This document shows positions 1 through 9,920 of a DNA stretch of 64,000 nucleotides, in pieces (within the stretch, counting starts at the first letter, position 1; each line of letters opens with the position of its first letter). The notes beneath the pieces were generated by a model. The model made no database searches. It was not told the DNA's origin and saw only the letters and a list, made by a program, of their open reading frames with translations. Origin of the DNA: an uncultured Candidatus Saccharibacteria bacterium. GTDB lineage: Bacteria; Patescibacteriota; Minisyncoccia; Phycocordibacterales; CAIZLB01. Location: positions 174,728 through 238,727 of the forward strand of contig CAZKAF010000001.1 of assembly GCA_964550955.1 (NCBI GenBank), given 5' to 3'. The translations under genes and the position numbers were made by a program.

Positions 1-234
1 TCCAAGCAGGCGCCCGAAAGCGTGCTTGAGGAGGATGTTGCCCGGGACGAACGGGCGGCCTTACGGCATCTGACGCGCCTTGCTGCTGCGCTTGGGTTGA
101 TGGGCACAGACGAGTATGCGTTCATGATTGAAAGCGGAGGAGACGATACTCGGACCAATATACGGGCGCGCATCCTGTACAGGGAATTGTTCAAGGAAGC
201 TCAGCGGACAGAGTCTGATGCGGTTGCTGCGTAA
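1..234 (+). CDS. 3' end of an unidentified gene entering the window (C-terminal ~77 aa)
   Basis: Frame 1 is open from the window edge to TAA at 232-234 (…SKQAPESVLEEDVARDERAALRHL…). No motif I can recognise. Confidence 0.3.
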   Translation, partial: SKQAPESVLEEDVARDERAALRHLTRLAAALGLMGTDEYAFMIESGGDDTRTNIRARILYRELFKEAQRTESDAVAA

Positions 235-311
235 AAGCAACTATGCTACTGGGAAGCATGGAGCAAGTAAGATCAAGACAAACAAAACCACCGACCCAGC
301 GGTGGCTTTTT

Positions 312-725
312 TTATTTTCCTTTAATTGCGCACTTCGGGCATCTGCAGCCAGCCGGCTTCAAGTGCGCGTCGAAGTATTCTTTGCCGTAGTCATAGCAAA
401 TTTCTTCGCCGGAGGAAATCTTCCTCGTCGCAAAAATGAAAGCCCTGGAATTATGTATGACTATTTCCGCATTGGGCCTGCATGAATGGTTGATGTACCT
501 CGCCGTGTTCGATCTGTCCCGGCCGTCAATCGTCTTTCGGGAATTTATCTCAAAAAGATATTTGCTTCGGCTCGTGTACTCTTCCTCGCCCTTGATGACC
601 CTTCCGACATATTCGATGATGCATGCTCCTTTCGGAATGTCCGCGCTTGCGAAGAGGCCGAGGCCGGCCGATGATTTCTTGACCGAATAGGCCGTCTTGT
701 CGAGCGTCGCGTAGTTTCTTCTCAT
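312..725 (-). CDS. SET-domain protein (putative protein-lysine N-methyltransferase)
   Basis: 137 aa carrying the SET hallmark motifs GLGLFA, RYINHSCRPN, EEICYDYG and a post-SET Cys cluster CRCPKC. Confidence 0.8.
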   Translation of the reverse strand: MRRNYATLDKTAYSVKKSSAGLGLFASADIPKGACIIEYVGRVIKGEEEYTSRSKYLFEINSRKTIDGRDRSNTARYINHSCRPNAEIVIHNSRAFIFATRKISSGEEICYDYGKEYFDAHLKPAGCRCPKCAIKGK

Positions 726-897
726 GGCTGGATTTCTTAGTTTGTTTGCGGTTATGTTGAGAGCATATTATATGCGCACTTCGGATAATAGCAAAGCGCG
801 CGGCAAAACGTCCGGCCGCGCCTGCCGGCGAAGCCTGGTCAGGCGCTTCATGAATTCGAGGGTGGTCATCGCCGGCATTCTTTTATATGATTAGAAC

Positions 898-1521
898 ATG
901 CTTGGTCTCAATCGCGATGAACTGAAAATACTCAAGAGGCTGTCCACCCCGATTAAGATACAAAATTTCCTGGACACCCTGGCCATCAATTGGGAAAAGG
1001 GCGGAGAGACGAACATGTCGCCTCGCCGCGTTCTGCGCGAACGGAAGGCGCACTGCCTTGAAGCGGGTCTTTTGGCCGCCGCGGCCCTCTGGCTTCAGGG
1101 CGAGAAGCCGCTGATCATCGAGCTCAAGACTCCCGGCGAGGCCGGGCACATAGTCGCGCTTTATAAGAGAAACGGATATTGGGGCGCCATGAGCAAGACG
1201 AATCATAACGCGCTCCGTTTCCGCGATCCGGTTTACAAGACGGTTCGCGAGCTGGTGATGTCGTATTTCCATGAATGCACGAATGACAGAACGGGAAGGA
1301 AGGTCTTGAGGGGATATTCCGGCCCGTTCAGTGCCAAGAAGTGGGGGACCTCTTGGATTACCAGCGAGGAAGACCTCTATCATATTGCCGAAGAGATTTT
1401 CGATGCTCCGGTCAAGGAACTGTTCCCGAGAAAAAATGAGGCGCTCATACGCAATGCGGACGCGTTTGAGCTCAGGGTGGGAAGAATCATAGAATGGGAC
1501 AAGGAGGATACGGGAACTTGA
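898..1521 (+). CDS. hypothetical protein, possible transglutaminase-like (Cys-His-Asp) fold
   Basis: 207-aa ORF with good coding look. The spacing AHCLEAG … GHIVALYKRNGYWGAMS … RFRDP resembles the C/H/D pattern of transglutaminase-like cysteine peptidase domains. This is a weak, by-eye call. Confidence 0.5.
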   Translation: MLGLNRDELKILKRLSTPIKIQNFLDTLAINWEKGGETNMSPRRVLRERKAHCLEAGLLAAAALWLQGEKPLIIELKTPGEAGHIVALYKRNGYWGAMSKTNHNALRFRDPVYKTVRELVMSYFHECTNDRTGRKVLRGYSGPFSAKKWGTSWITSEEDLYHIAEEIFDAPVKELFPRKNEALIRNADAFELRVGRIIEWDKEDTGT

Positions 1522-1602
1522 CCCGCCCTGCCCCGGCCATCTGCTGCAAAAGGGTTGCAATTAGCCCGAAGTATTATATAGTCATGTCATAGCATCAAAG
1601 AC

Positions 1603-2418
1603 ATGACATACGTATACGTACTTTCGCTGATCATTGCCTCCACCGCGCTCGTCGGCCTCCTGTTCGGCAGGAGGGTAGAGGGCTTTCTTGCAAAATACTC
1701 GTCTCCGGTTCTCGGGGTTTCGGTCGGCATCCTTTCCATCACGGTCTTTCATCTGGGATATGAGGCGATAGAGGAATCGGCTCTCTTCTGGCATGCGGGA
1801 CTTGCCATCTTGGCAGGATTCGTATTCGCCGACATGCTTCACCGGTTTTCGCACGAGACGCATTGCCATCATGGCCATGACGAGCATGAGCATCATGACG
1901 AGGGCCAGCTTGCTCGGCGAGATCTCGTCGGCGGTCCGGTCCAGAATCAGGATTCGAGCGGGGTCCTCAGAAAGGTCGTCGTGGGCGACTCGATTCACAA
2001 CCTGATAGACGGCTTCACGCTGGCAGCCGTATCCGTCTCTCTGCCGTTGGCGACCTTGCCTCTTGCATTCAGCATGTTCTTGCACGAATCCATTCAGGAG
2101 GTGGCCGAGTTCCTGGTCTTGAAGGAAGCCGGCATTCCGAAGAAAAAAATAATCCTGTACAATCTCCTGAGCGGCCTTTCCATCGTTCTTGGCGTTTTTC
2201 TAGGCCTTTCTCTCTCGTTCGTGCATGAGCTGGTGCCGTATCTTGCCGGGTTCTCGGCCGGAATCTTGGCGCATTTCATGACTTATGACGGAGTGAACAT
2301 CGTATTCAAGCCGGCAAAAGGCAAGTCAGTCGCGATTCATGCCTTCAGCGCGCTCTACGTGCTTGGGGGAATCGCCCTGGGATTCGCGCTGCTTGAGATG
2401 TTTTCAACGCATGCTTAG
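1603..2418 (+). CDS. zupT: ZIP-family divalent metal (Zn) transporter
   Basis: 271-aa polytopic membrane protein. It has a His-rich cytoplasmic loop (HETHCHHGHDEHEHHDEG) and the conserved ZIP motifs HNLIDGFTLAAVS and HESIQEVAEF. Confidence 0.75.
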   Translation: MTYVYVLSLIIASTALVGLLFGRRVEGFLAKYSSPVLGVSVGILSITVFHLGYEAIEESALFWHAGLAILAGFVFADMLHRFSHETHCHHGHDEHEHHDEGQLARRDLVGGPVQNQDSSGVLRKVVVGDSIHNLIDGFTLAAVSVSLPLATLPLAFSMFLHESIQEVAEFLVLKEAGIPKKKIILYNLLSGLSIVLGVFLGLSLSFVHELVPYLAGFSAGILAHFMTYDGVNIVFKPAKGKSVAIHAFSALYVLGGIALGFALLEMFSTHA

Positions 2419-2440
2419 CGTCCTTCAATTCTCGGGCGCC

Positions 2441-3196
2441 CTATTTGACGTATTCAAAGCAGCCTAGATACTCCTTGTTGCCCGAACCGCCTTCAATTGG
2501 GCTTTCGATTACGGATATAAAATTAAAATTATGCTCCTTGAAAATGGCGCTTATTTTTCCGATAATTTCTTCAGACAATTCCTGGTCTTTGACGATTCCG
2601 TTTTTATTCAGGTTTTCTTTTGTAACTTCAAACTGCGGCTTGATGAGAGCTATGACCTTGACGCCTGCCGGCCTGCCGACATCGGCATCGGCACCTATGA
2701 ATCTCTCAAGGTGCGGAATTATGTACGAAAGCGAGATGAAAGAAACATCAATTACGATTAAAGAAACGGGCTCGGGCAGGCTTCGCAGGGTGCGGATATC
2801 CGTCTCTTCGAGCGAAACGACTCGGGAATCATTTCGCAAGCTCGGTGCAAGCTGGTCCTTGCCTACATCCACCGCATAAACTTTGCGAGCGCCGTGCTTC
2901 AGGAGCACTTCCGTAAATCCTCCTGTAGAAGAGCCGATATCCAATGCAATTTTCCCCTCTGCCTGGATGTCGAATTCCTGGATAGCCTTTTCGAGCTTGT
3001 ATGCGCCTCGTCCGACATATTGCTCCGCGCGTATCTCCACGTCTTCTGGATTCAAGGGCTCCTCATATTCTTTTGATGCCTTCTTCACCTGCACTGATTT
3101 AACATATACATACCCGCGATTAATCATGTCCTGGGCTTCCGACCGGCTTCGGGTCAGGTTCATTTTTGTCAGCAGGGCATCTATTCTTGTTTTCAT
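2441..3196 (-). CDS. tlyA: TlyA-family rRNA 2'-O-methyltransferase (S4 domain + FtsJ-like MTase; 'hemolysin A')
   Basis: N-terminal S4-like RIDALL…RSEAQDMI, SAM-binding LDIGSSTGGFTEVLL, and TlyA-typical length of 251 aa. Confidence 0.85.
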   Translation of the reverse strand: MKTRIDALLTKMNLTRSRSEAQDMINRGYVYVKSVQVKKASKEYEEPLNPEDVEIRAEQYVGRGAYKLEKAIQEFDIQAEGKIALDIGSSTGGFTEVLLKHGARKVYAVDVGKDQLAPSLRNDSRVVSLEETDIRTLRSLPEPVSLIVIDVSFISLSYIIPHLERFIGADADVGRPAGVKVIALIKPQFEVTKENLNKNGIVKDQELSEEIIGKISAIFKEHNFNFISVIESPIEGGSGNKEYLGCFEYVK

Positions 3197-3657
3197 GGAT
3201 GGTTTTTAGTAGAGAGAGGTCTTTTTTTGGACGGCTTATGGCGTTGTCGTTTTCGGCAATCGGATTTTTTAATTCCCTGCGCGATGCGTATGCTACTATT
3301 CTCTATATGTTAATCCATGTCAAGGTGCATGCCGATTCCAAGTCCGAGAAAATAGAGCTTATCCGCCAGAATTCATACTCCGTTCATGTGCGCGAGAAAG
3401 CTGAAAACAATGCCGCGAACAGGCGGGTCGTTGAAGTGCTGTCGCTCCACCTTTCTGTCATCTCCTCCAAGATGCGCATCGTCACGGGACATCATTCGCC
3501 TTCAAAAATCATCGAGATTCAGGACTGATTCTTTGCCAAATGGCCTCAAGCGGCCTTGATGCCGCACGGCACTTTTCTTCACATTCCAATTTGTTGCTTC
3601 CGATGAGTCGGAGTACAATATAGGAGTAGGGTAGATTATAAGTTCACAAAAAATATC

Positions 3658-4026
3658 ATGAATATCATCATCAAGGGGGTACATATGGAAATGACAGAAG
3701 CCATTCGGTCTTACGTACAAAAAAAGCTTGAACCGGTCAAGAAATTCGTTGATGAGGGTTCAAAAATAGAAGTGGATCTGGGCAAGACTACCAATCATCA
3801 TAGGAACGGGGACATTTTCAGGGCGGAATACAACATCGTGACCGACGGAAAGCTTACTCGGATCGAAGCGGTGGCGGAAGATCTTTATACCGCCATAGAC
3901 GTCGCGCAGACGGACCTGCTCAACGCGCTCGCGAACCAGAAAGGCAAGAAGCAGACTCTCTGGAAGAAGGGTTCCCAGCGGATCAAAGACTTTGCTCGCG
4001 GACTTGCCAAGCGAAAGAGGAAATAG
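3658..4026 (+). CDS. hpf: ribosome hibernation promoting factor / RaiA (YfiA) family
   Basis: 122 aa. MNIIIKGVHMEMTEAIRSYVQKKL… is the typical HPF N-terminus, and the C-terminus is basic. Confidence 0.85.
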   Translation: MNIIIKGVHMEMTEAIRSYVQKKLEPVKKFVDEGSKIEVDLGKTTNHHRNGDIFRAEYNIVTDGKLTRIEAVAEDLYTAIDVAQTDLLNALANQKGKKQTLWKKGSQRIKDFARGLAKRKRK

Positions 4027-4107
4027 AATAGAGCACGAAAAAAGCGAAGGGTTGCTGGCGGTGAGGGCTTGCCGCGGCGGCACGCGTGACATCCGCTCGG
4101 CCGCGCG

Positions 4108-5019
4108 CTAATTCTTCAAAAAGTTCTGGAAATCTTTCCAAGTCATATCGCCCCTGCCTTCAGGGGTGATTTTGATTATTTCCAGGCTTCCGGCATCTTC
4201 GTTCCAAAGTACCTCTTTGACTTTAACTCGCATGTCTTTGTCTTTGTGCGATACAAAAAAGTAAAGTCCCGGCCATGCGGACAGCGCCTGAAACTTCAGG
4301 TAAATTTTATATCCGATTGAGCTGTCAAAAATCCCGGTATCGCTATCAAGCTTTAAGATTTCTTCAGCGGCCACGAACCCGTCCTCCTTCGTGATTTTCC
4401 TGGTGAACGTGGCCTGATCGTGATTCTGGACAAGAAGTTCCGCTTTTCCTGCAATGTAGTCAGGGAGGGATTCAAGAAGGATGTCCGCGCCTTTCTCGGC
4501 AAGCAGCTTCTCGAGGTCGAGGATGTTCATCGGCCAAGGCGTCAGCTTCTTGCTCCATTGGGCAAGTATCGGCCCGTGATCCATTTCCTTGTCCATCTGT
4601 ATGATGGTCACGCCCGTCTGCTGCATGTCCTCGAGAATGGAGGTCTGAAGCGGCGTCGCCCCGCGAAGCTTCGGCAAAAGGGACGGGTGGACGTTCAGCG
4701 AGCCGTGTTCGGGTATGTCGAGCACGGCCTGGGGGATTATTTTCCCGTATGAAGCCACTATAAAGATATTGTGAGCGGATTCGGGCAAGCTCGCGGTTAT
4801 TTCGGCAAGCGTCTCGACTGCGGCCTGATTCAGCTTTTCAAACTGAATGCAGTGCACGCCGTTCTGCTCGGCCCAGACTTTGACAGGGGGAGGGGTCATG
4901 AGCATCTTTCTGCCTGCCGGCCTGTCAGGGACGGTCACTATGACTTCGGGTCTGATTCCTTTTTCCAGGAATCGATTCAGGACATGTATGGAGAATGCGG
5001 AGGTGCCGAAAAAGATCAT
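4108..5019 (-). CDS. fmt: methionyl-tRNA formyltransferase
   Basis: IFFGTSAFS N-terminus and the NVHPSLLPKLRGATP catalytic motif. It lies immediately downstream of def, the classic def-fmt operon. Confidence 0.9.
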   Translation of the reverse strand: MIFFGTSAFSIHVLNRFLEKGIRPEVIVTVPDRPAGRKMLMTPPPVKVWAEQNGVHCIQFEKLNQAAVETLAEITASLPESAHNIFIVASYGKIIPQAVLDIPEHGSLNVHPSLLPKLRGATPLQTSILEDMQQTGVTIIQMDKEMDHGPILAQWSKKLTPWPMNILDLEKLLAEKGADILLESLPDYIAGKAELLVQNHDQATFTRKITKEDGFVAAEEILKLDSDTGIFDSSIGYKIYLKFQALSAWPGLYFFVSHKDKDMRVKVKEVLWNEDAGSLEIIKITPEGRGDMTWKDFQNFLKN

Positions 5020-5020
5020 C

Positions 5021-5734
5021 TCATTGTTTCTTTAATTTTTTAATCTTGGTCGCGGCCTCCGTCCGCTGATTGTCCTCTGCGGTCGTTTCTTCCGCTTCTG
5101 CCTGCCGGCTTCGGGCAGAAAGGGCGTCTTGGCCTGACCTTTCCATTATTTCCTTGTGCTGGGATTGGCTCGTGACGGGGTTCACTTCCTTCGGGTCCAC
5201 GTGCTCGAGGTCCTTTGCCCGGTCGATGAACAAGATGCCGTTGAGGTGATCCACTTCATGCTGGAAGATATGCGCGAGGAGACCCCCCGCTCCTCGTTCC
5301 ACGATCTCGCCCTTTTCGTTGAGTGCCCGGATTGAAACCTTGGTCGATCTCTTCACCTTGCCGTATACCCATCGCACCGAAAGGCATCCTTCGCCTTCCA
5401 TCCATTTCTTTTCCTTGGACTCCTTGGTTATGACCGGGTTTATGAAAACTGCATCCTGGCCGTTTTCTCCGAAAACTTTCTTGGAAACTACGAAGATCCT
5501 TCTTGAAACGCCTATTTGCGGAGCCGCCAGTCCGATGCCGTCATGCTGCGAATCCAGGACGGCCTTCATGCGCGAGATGAGTTCCTGGACTTCGGGACTT
5601 TGTATCTGGTCCGCAGGAACCTCTTTGGCCATTTCGCGAAGCGCCGGATGACCTTCGCTTACGATTTGCGAAGCCAGGGCCGAAGCGCCTTTTGAGGTTG
5701 TTTTCTTGGATTTTGCCATTGGTTTTCTATACAA
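5021..5734 (-). CDS. def: peptide deformylase with ~65-aa low-complexity C-terminal extension
   Basis: PDF motifs GIGLAAPQIG, EGCLS and HEVDHLNG. Its stop overlaps the fmt start. Confidence 0.9.
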   Translation of the reverse strand: MYRKPMAKSKKTTSKGASALASQIVSEGHPALREMAKEVPADQIQSPEVQELISRMKAVLDSQHDGIGLAAPQIGVSRRIFVVSKKVFGENGQDAVFINPVITKESKEKKWMEGEGCLSVRWVYGKVKRSTKVSIRALNEKGEIVERGAGGLLAHIFQHEVDHLNGILFIDRAKDLEHVDPKEVNPVTSQSQHKEIMERSGQDALSARSRQAEAEETTAEDNQRTEAATKIKKLKKQ

Positions 5735-5886
5735 TACGTATTATATCAAAAGGTTGCAAGACGCGCTTAGCGCCGGACGCCAAGCAAGTCCGACGTCTTC
5801 GCATTCGGCTTGAGGAGAAGCCGGGGCGTTCCGTCGCCACCCGGTCACGGATTCTTGAACGCCTTAAAGCAGGCCCTCTGGGCGTC

Positions 5887-7893
5887 TTAGAGCAAGCTCT
5901 CGGGATTCACCCTGACCTGATATTCGGGCGGAAGGCTTTTGAGCAGGTTCGCCAGTTCAGGATACGGCCAGCGCTCGGGCTTCAGGGTTATGAGCATGTG
6001 CAGCATGGCCCTTCCTTTTTGAGTCGGCACGAAGGCGGGAAATACGAGGTACGTGAAAATGCTTTCGTGTTCCGGAATCTTTCTGCCCTTGTAGGCGTGC
6101 TCGATTGTCTCGAGCTTGTCCTTGAGAAGCTTCATGAGCTGCGTCGCGCGCTCCTTGGTCTCTTCGATTGTAATCTTGATGTGCGTGCTGAACGGCGGAT
6201 ATTGGATTTCCTCCCGCATCTCCAGCTCGTCCTTGTAAAACTGCGACAGGTTTCCGGAAGTGAAATGGCTCAGGACTTCCGCGTTGTCGGACCGGGTCTG
6301 AATGAGCATGTATGCCGTCGTCCGGTCGAGCATGCGAAGAAGCAATTGCATGATTCGCTCATGGATCCTGAAATCGGGAATCGAGAAAAGGGAATCGAGC
6401 GAAGCGACTGCCGAATATTTGAGTTCCGGCAGGAATGCCAGCGCCGTTTCGGTGCCGATGAGAACCGCGCCTTTTGCGTCCGAGAATTCCTTGATGACGT
6501 CCCGGGCCTGCTTGTCCGTCGTCACCGTGTCCCTGTCGATGGTGAATATCTTCTTGTTCGGAAATAATTTCCTGACTTCGCTCGACACGGTGTCTATTCC
6601 TATGCCGAGGGTTGTCAGCTTCCAGCTTCCGCATTTCTTGCACGTTTCGAGCGCGCCTCTTTGGGCGCCGCAATGATGGCACAGGAAGTACCGGCTCTCC
6701 TGAAGCTCTTTTTCGGTCTGCTTGGCTTTCTTGTTCTCGTGCAAAACTACCGGCGCGTCGCAAACATGGCACTGAACGGTCAGGCCGCAGTCTCCGCATA
6801 CGGTTTGGGGGGAGAGGCCGCGCCGGACGCTGAAGATGAACATGTTGTCTTCCTTCTTGTCGGCGTATTCGATCATCGAGACAAGCTCTTCGCTCAAGAC
6901 CCGGAACGGCTTCTTTTCGCCCGGATCAGGATTGTCGGCATCCGCGGCGGCCTTCTTCGGCTTCATGCTGACCGCGAGGACGTCGGCCGTCTTTTCGATG
7001 CGGTATGAGACGGGGAAGAAGTCCGCGAGCTCTCCCGACTCCCTCCTGTACAGCGTGTCGATGCGAAGCATGCTGTCGCCGAGTATCAGCCGGACTCCGA
7101 GCTGCCTTGCATAGGCCTCAAGATAGTCGCGATAGTCTATGTACGGCGCTCGCATGGTCGAGTATCCGCGCGAGGATTCTTTTTCGATGATGATGGTGCT
7201 GATATCGTTTCTCGGCACGCAGGCGAAGAGCGGCGTGGCGACGATGAGCAGCGAATGGTCTTCCTTGACGGTCTTGCTCCATGCGTCGAGCTGCTTCTTC
7301 TTTGAAAATTTTCCATGCATCAGGACCGCATGCTCGTCGATGCCCTTCTTGAGCGCGCCGAACAGCTCTTCCGCGCTTGCGACCGTCGGAGCGACAAGTA
7401 TGACAGATTTTTTTCGGGCGAACTCTTCCCGCACGATGCTTTTGTAGGTGCTGAGCCTGTCATTGTAATTTGTCTGATACACGACGACATCCGCGACGGT
7501 CTTCAGCGACTCCTCCTTGGCGATTTCTTCCGGAGTCTTCTGTATCTTGACGCTTGCCTTCGACTCGAATGCAATGTCGGGAATGCATGCCTTGAGAGCG
7601 GTGCCGAGAGGCGACACGTATTTTTCAGAAACCTGAATGCATGCCTTGACGCATTCCGGCCGGATAGCCTGGGTTTCGGCTTTCTTTTCTATCTTCTTCG
7701 TGACAAAAGATGCCTGCTTGATGTTCGCTTTCGCATGGCTGGCCGGAGTGACCGCGCCGACGAGCGCCGGAATGCTCTTGTTTCGAAGCGGCACCTCGAT
7801 GATCGAGCCAGGAAGAAAAGAATGGGAGCTCCAGTAGGTGAGTTCTTCCTTGAATGCCCGGCGCATGATCGGATATACGGTTACGATGTTCAT
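5887..7893 (-). CDS. priA: primosomal protein N' (replication restart helicase PriA)
   Basis: 668 aa. It has a DEAD-like helicase core (VILVAPTVASAEELF) and the PriA Cys-rich zinc fingers CGDCGLTVQCHVCD…CHHCG…CKKCG. Confidence 0.9.
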   Translation of the reverse strand: MNIVTVYPIMRRAFKEELTYWSSHSFLPGSIIEVPLRNKSIPALVGAVTPASHAKANIKQASFVTKKIEKKAETQAIRPECVKACIQVSEKYVSPLGTALKACIPDIAFESKASVKIQKTPEEIAKEESLKTVADVVVYQTNYNDRLSTYKSIVREEFARKKSVILVAPTVASAEELFGALKKGIDEHAVLMHGKFSKKKQLDAWSKTVKEDHSLLIVATPLFACVPRNDISTIIIEKESSRGYSTMRAPYIDYRDYLEAYARQLGVRLILGDSMLRIDTLYRRESGELADFFPVSYRIEKTADVLAVSMKPKKAAADADNPDPGEKKPFRVLSEELVSMIEYADKKEDNMFIFSVRRGLSPQTVCGDCGLTVQCHVCDAPVVLHENKKAKQTEKELQESRYFLCHHCGAQRGALETCKKCGSWKLTTLGIGIDTVSSEVRKLFPNKKIFTIDRDTVTTDKQARDVIKEFSDAKGAVLIGTETALAFLPELKYSAVASLDSLFSIPDFRIHERIMQLLLRMLDRTTAYMLIQTRSDNAEVLSHFTSGNLSQFYKDELEMREEIQYPPFSTHIKITIEETKERATQLMKLLKDKLETIEHAYKGRKIPEHESIFTYLVFPAFVPTQKGRAMLHMLITLKPERWPYPELANLLKSLPPEYQVRVNPESLL

Positions 7894-8017
7894 AAATGTA
7901 TGTGTCTATCTTATAGCATTATTCTCGCAGATATGGAGGGCCGCGGTGTATTGACTTGATTGCTTATTTGGTGTGATATTTTTTTATCTTTTGTTCATTC
8001 TGTAGTACTATATCGGC

Positions 8018-9031
8018 ATGGGATTTTTCTCCAAAAAGCTGGGAATAGATTTAGGGACTGCCAATACGCTTGTTTTCGTTCCCGGGCGCGGCCTCATCCT
8101 GAATGAGCCTTCAGTAGTGGCCGTTTCCGAGCAGGATAACCGCATTCTGGCGGTAGGAAACGAGGCCAAGGACATGATCGGCAAGACTCCCGACAGCATC
8201 ATCGCGTACCGGCCGATGAAAGACGGCGTTATCGCGGACTATCGAGTTACCGAAGCCATGCTTCGATACTTCATAAACAAGGCGCTGGGGAAATGGAATA
8301 TCTGGAAGCCTGAAGTGATGGTTTCCGTTCCGGCCGGCGTGAGCTCGACTGAGCGGCGGGCGGTCATCGAGGCTGCCATCAAGGCGGGCGCGAAAAATGC
8401 ATACGTCGTCAAGGAGCCTATTCTTGCCGCTATCGGCGCGGGCATTTCCATTCAGGAAGCGGTAGGGCACATGATCGTGGACATCGGCGGCGGCACGACG
8501 GACGTCGCGGTGATTTCGCTCGGAGGCATCGTGGCCTGCACTTCCGTAAAATGCGCGGGCAACAGGATTGATGCGGCCATCACGGATTACATCAAGAAGA
8601 CATATAACTTGGCCATCGGAGACAAGACGGCTGAGGAAATCAAGATACAGGTGGGGTCCGCAGTTCCAGTTGAGGAAGAGCTCACCATGACTATCAAGGG
8701 GCGGGACTTCCTTACGGGGCTTCCTCGGGCGGTGGACATCAAGACAAACGAAATCGTCAAGGCAATTTCCAAGGAGCTTCGGGACATGATCAAGGCGATC
8801 AAGGACGTGCTTCAGGAGACTCCGCCGGAGCTCGCATCCGACATCATCGACAACGGCATCACCATGACGGGCGGATCGTCGCAGCTTCGGAACTTGCCCG
8901 AGCTTGTCTTCAGGAGAACTGGCGTGAAGGCGGTCCTTGCGGACGATGCGCTGTACTGCGTGGCGAAGGGGACCGGCATCGCCTTGAATCATCTCGATAC
9001 CTACAAGAAGACCATTATCGCGAAGCGGTAA
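8018..9031 (+). CDS. mreB: rod shape-determining actin homolog MreB (paralog 1)
   Basis: GIDLGTANTLVFV phosphate-1 motif, DIGGGTTDVAV, and MreB length of 337 aa. Confidence 0.9.
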   Translation: MGFFSKKLGIDLGTANTLVFVPGRGLILNEPSVVAVSEQDNRILAVGNEAKDMIGKTPDSIIAYRPMKDGVIADYRVTEAMLRYFINKALGKWNIWKPEVMVSVPAGVSSTERRAVIEAAIKAGAKNAYVVKEPILAAIGAGISIQEAVGHMIVDIGGGTTDVAVISLGGIVACTSVKCAGNRIDAAITDYIKKTYNLAIGDKTAEEIKIQVGSAVPVEEELTMTIKGRDFLTGLPRAVDIKTNEIVKAISKELRDMIKAIKDVLQETPPELASDIIDNGITMTGGSSQLRNLPELVFRRTGVKAVLADDALYCVAKGTGIALNHLDTYKKTIIAKR

Positions 9032-9088
9032 GCTTCTCGGCGTTCTGATGCCGGTCTCGGTTCTAATGCATCAACAATCACGGCACGC

Positions 9089-9817
9089 ATGAAAATCTTT
9101 CCAATAAAAAATAAAGAAGACCTGCATCATGCATACATTCTTGAGGGCTCCGTCGAAACGGCGCGCCCCGCGCTTTCTGATTTCCTCAAGGATGCCTTCG
9201 GTGTTCAGATGAGCGGCAATCCGGACGTGTTCATTCATGACACGCTTGCGTTCGGCGTCGACGACGCGACATTCGTCATCGACAAAAATAGCAGAAAATC
9301 ATCATCCGGGCAGAATAAATTCATCATAATTTCACTGAACACCATTTCGCATCAGGCGCAGAACAGCCTTCTCAAGACGCTCGAGGAGCCGACGCCCGGC
9401 ACGCACATATTCATAATTGCTCCGACTGCCTCGTCGTTTCTTCCGACCATCAAGTCGCGCGTGCATGTCGTCTCGCTTAAGGACGATCCGAGCGACGCGA
9501 CCGTCGAGCAATACGCCGATACTTTCTTAAGATCAAATCATCCTGAACGGCTGGAAATCATCAAGGCCATATTGTCGGACAAGGAGAAGGAAAAGATAAA
9601 CGATTCGCACATCGCCGTTTTTGTTCGGTCGCTCGAGAAGAAGAGCCGCGAACTGCTCGGGCGTGAGCATGGCTTGTCCGACGCTGCCGGAGCGGCACGG
9701 AGAAAGGATATGCTGAAAGCTTTCGTAACCGTCAGCGAGTATCTGTATGACACGTCTTCTTCGAAGAAGATGTTGCTGGAGTATATTGCTTTGAGGTTGC
9801 CGGTATTCAGAACCTAA
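9089..9817 (+). CDS. holB: DNA polymerase III delta' subunit-like (clamp loader)
   Basis: HHAYILEG, NSLLKTLEEP and the TIKSR sensor motif. There is no intact Walker A, as is usual for delta'. Confidence 0.7.
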   Translation: MKIFPIKNKEDLHHAYILEGSVETARPALSDFLKDAFGVQMSGNPDVFIHDTLAFGVDDATFVIDKNSRKSSSGQNKFIIISLNTISHQAQNSLLKTLEEPTPGTHIFIIAPTASSFLPTIKSRVHVVSLKDDPSDATVEQYADTFLRSNHPERLEIIKAILSDKEKEKINDSHIAVFVRSLEKKSRELLGREHGLSDAAGAARRKDMLKAFVTVSEYLYDTSSSKKMLLEYIALRLPVFRT

Positions 9818-9920
9818 GGGCTTGGACGGGGAGGGCAGCGTCAAGTCGCCGCCTTGCTCGGACTTGCTCATGGGTCGCAGGGCTTTGTATGCCGCATTCA
9901 TATGCTACAATGTTCGCCAT

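Noticed and set aside
3166-3528. 120-aa ORF in the tlyA-hpf divergent region
   Set aside because: It overlaps the tlyA start and promoter region and has no coding-like composition or motif. The region more likely holds divergent promoters. A TTGCTT-17-AATATA candidate lies about 50 nt upstream of hpf.
8111-8992. 293-aa ORF antisense to mreB1, and similar long antisense ORFs at 14404-15423, 14468-15304, 19741-20646, 31184-32170, 48644-49567, 49733-50704, 5692-6567, 24167-24883, 54477-55388, 54980-55657, 52235-52897 and 58695-59528
   Set aside because: Each lies entirely within, and antisense to or out of frame with, a strongly supported conserved gene. They have Arg/Pro/Gly-rich, low-complexity translations typical of shadow ORFs in GC-rich coding DNA, with no motifs.
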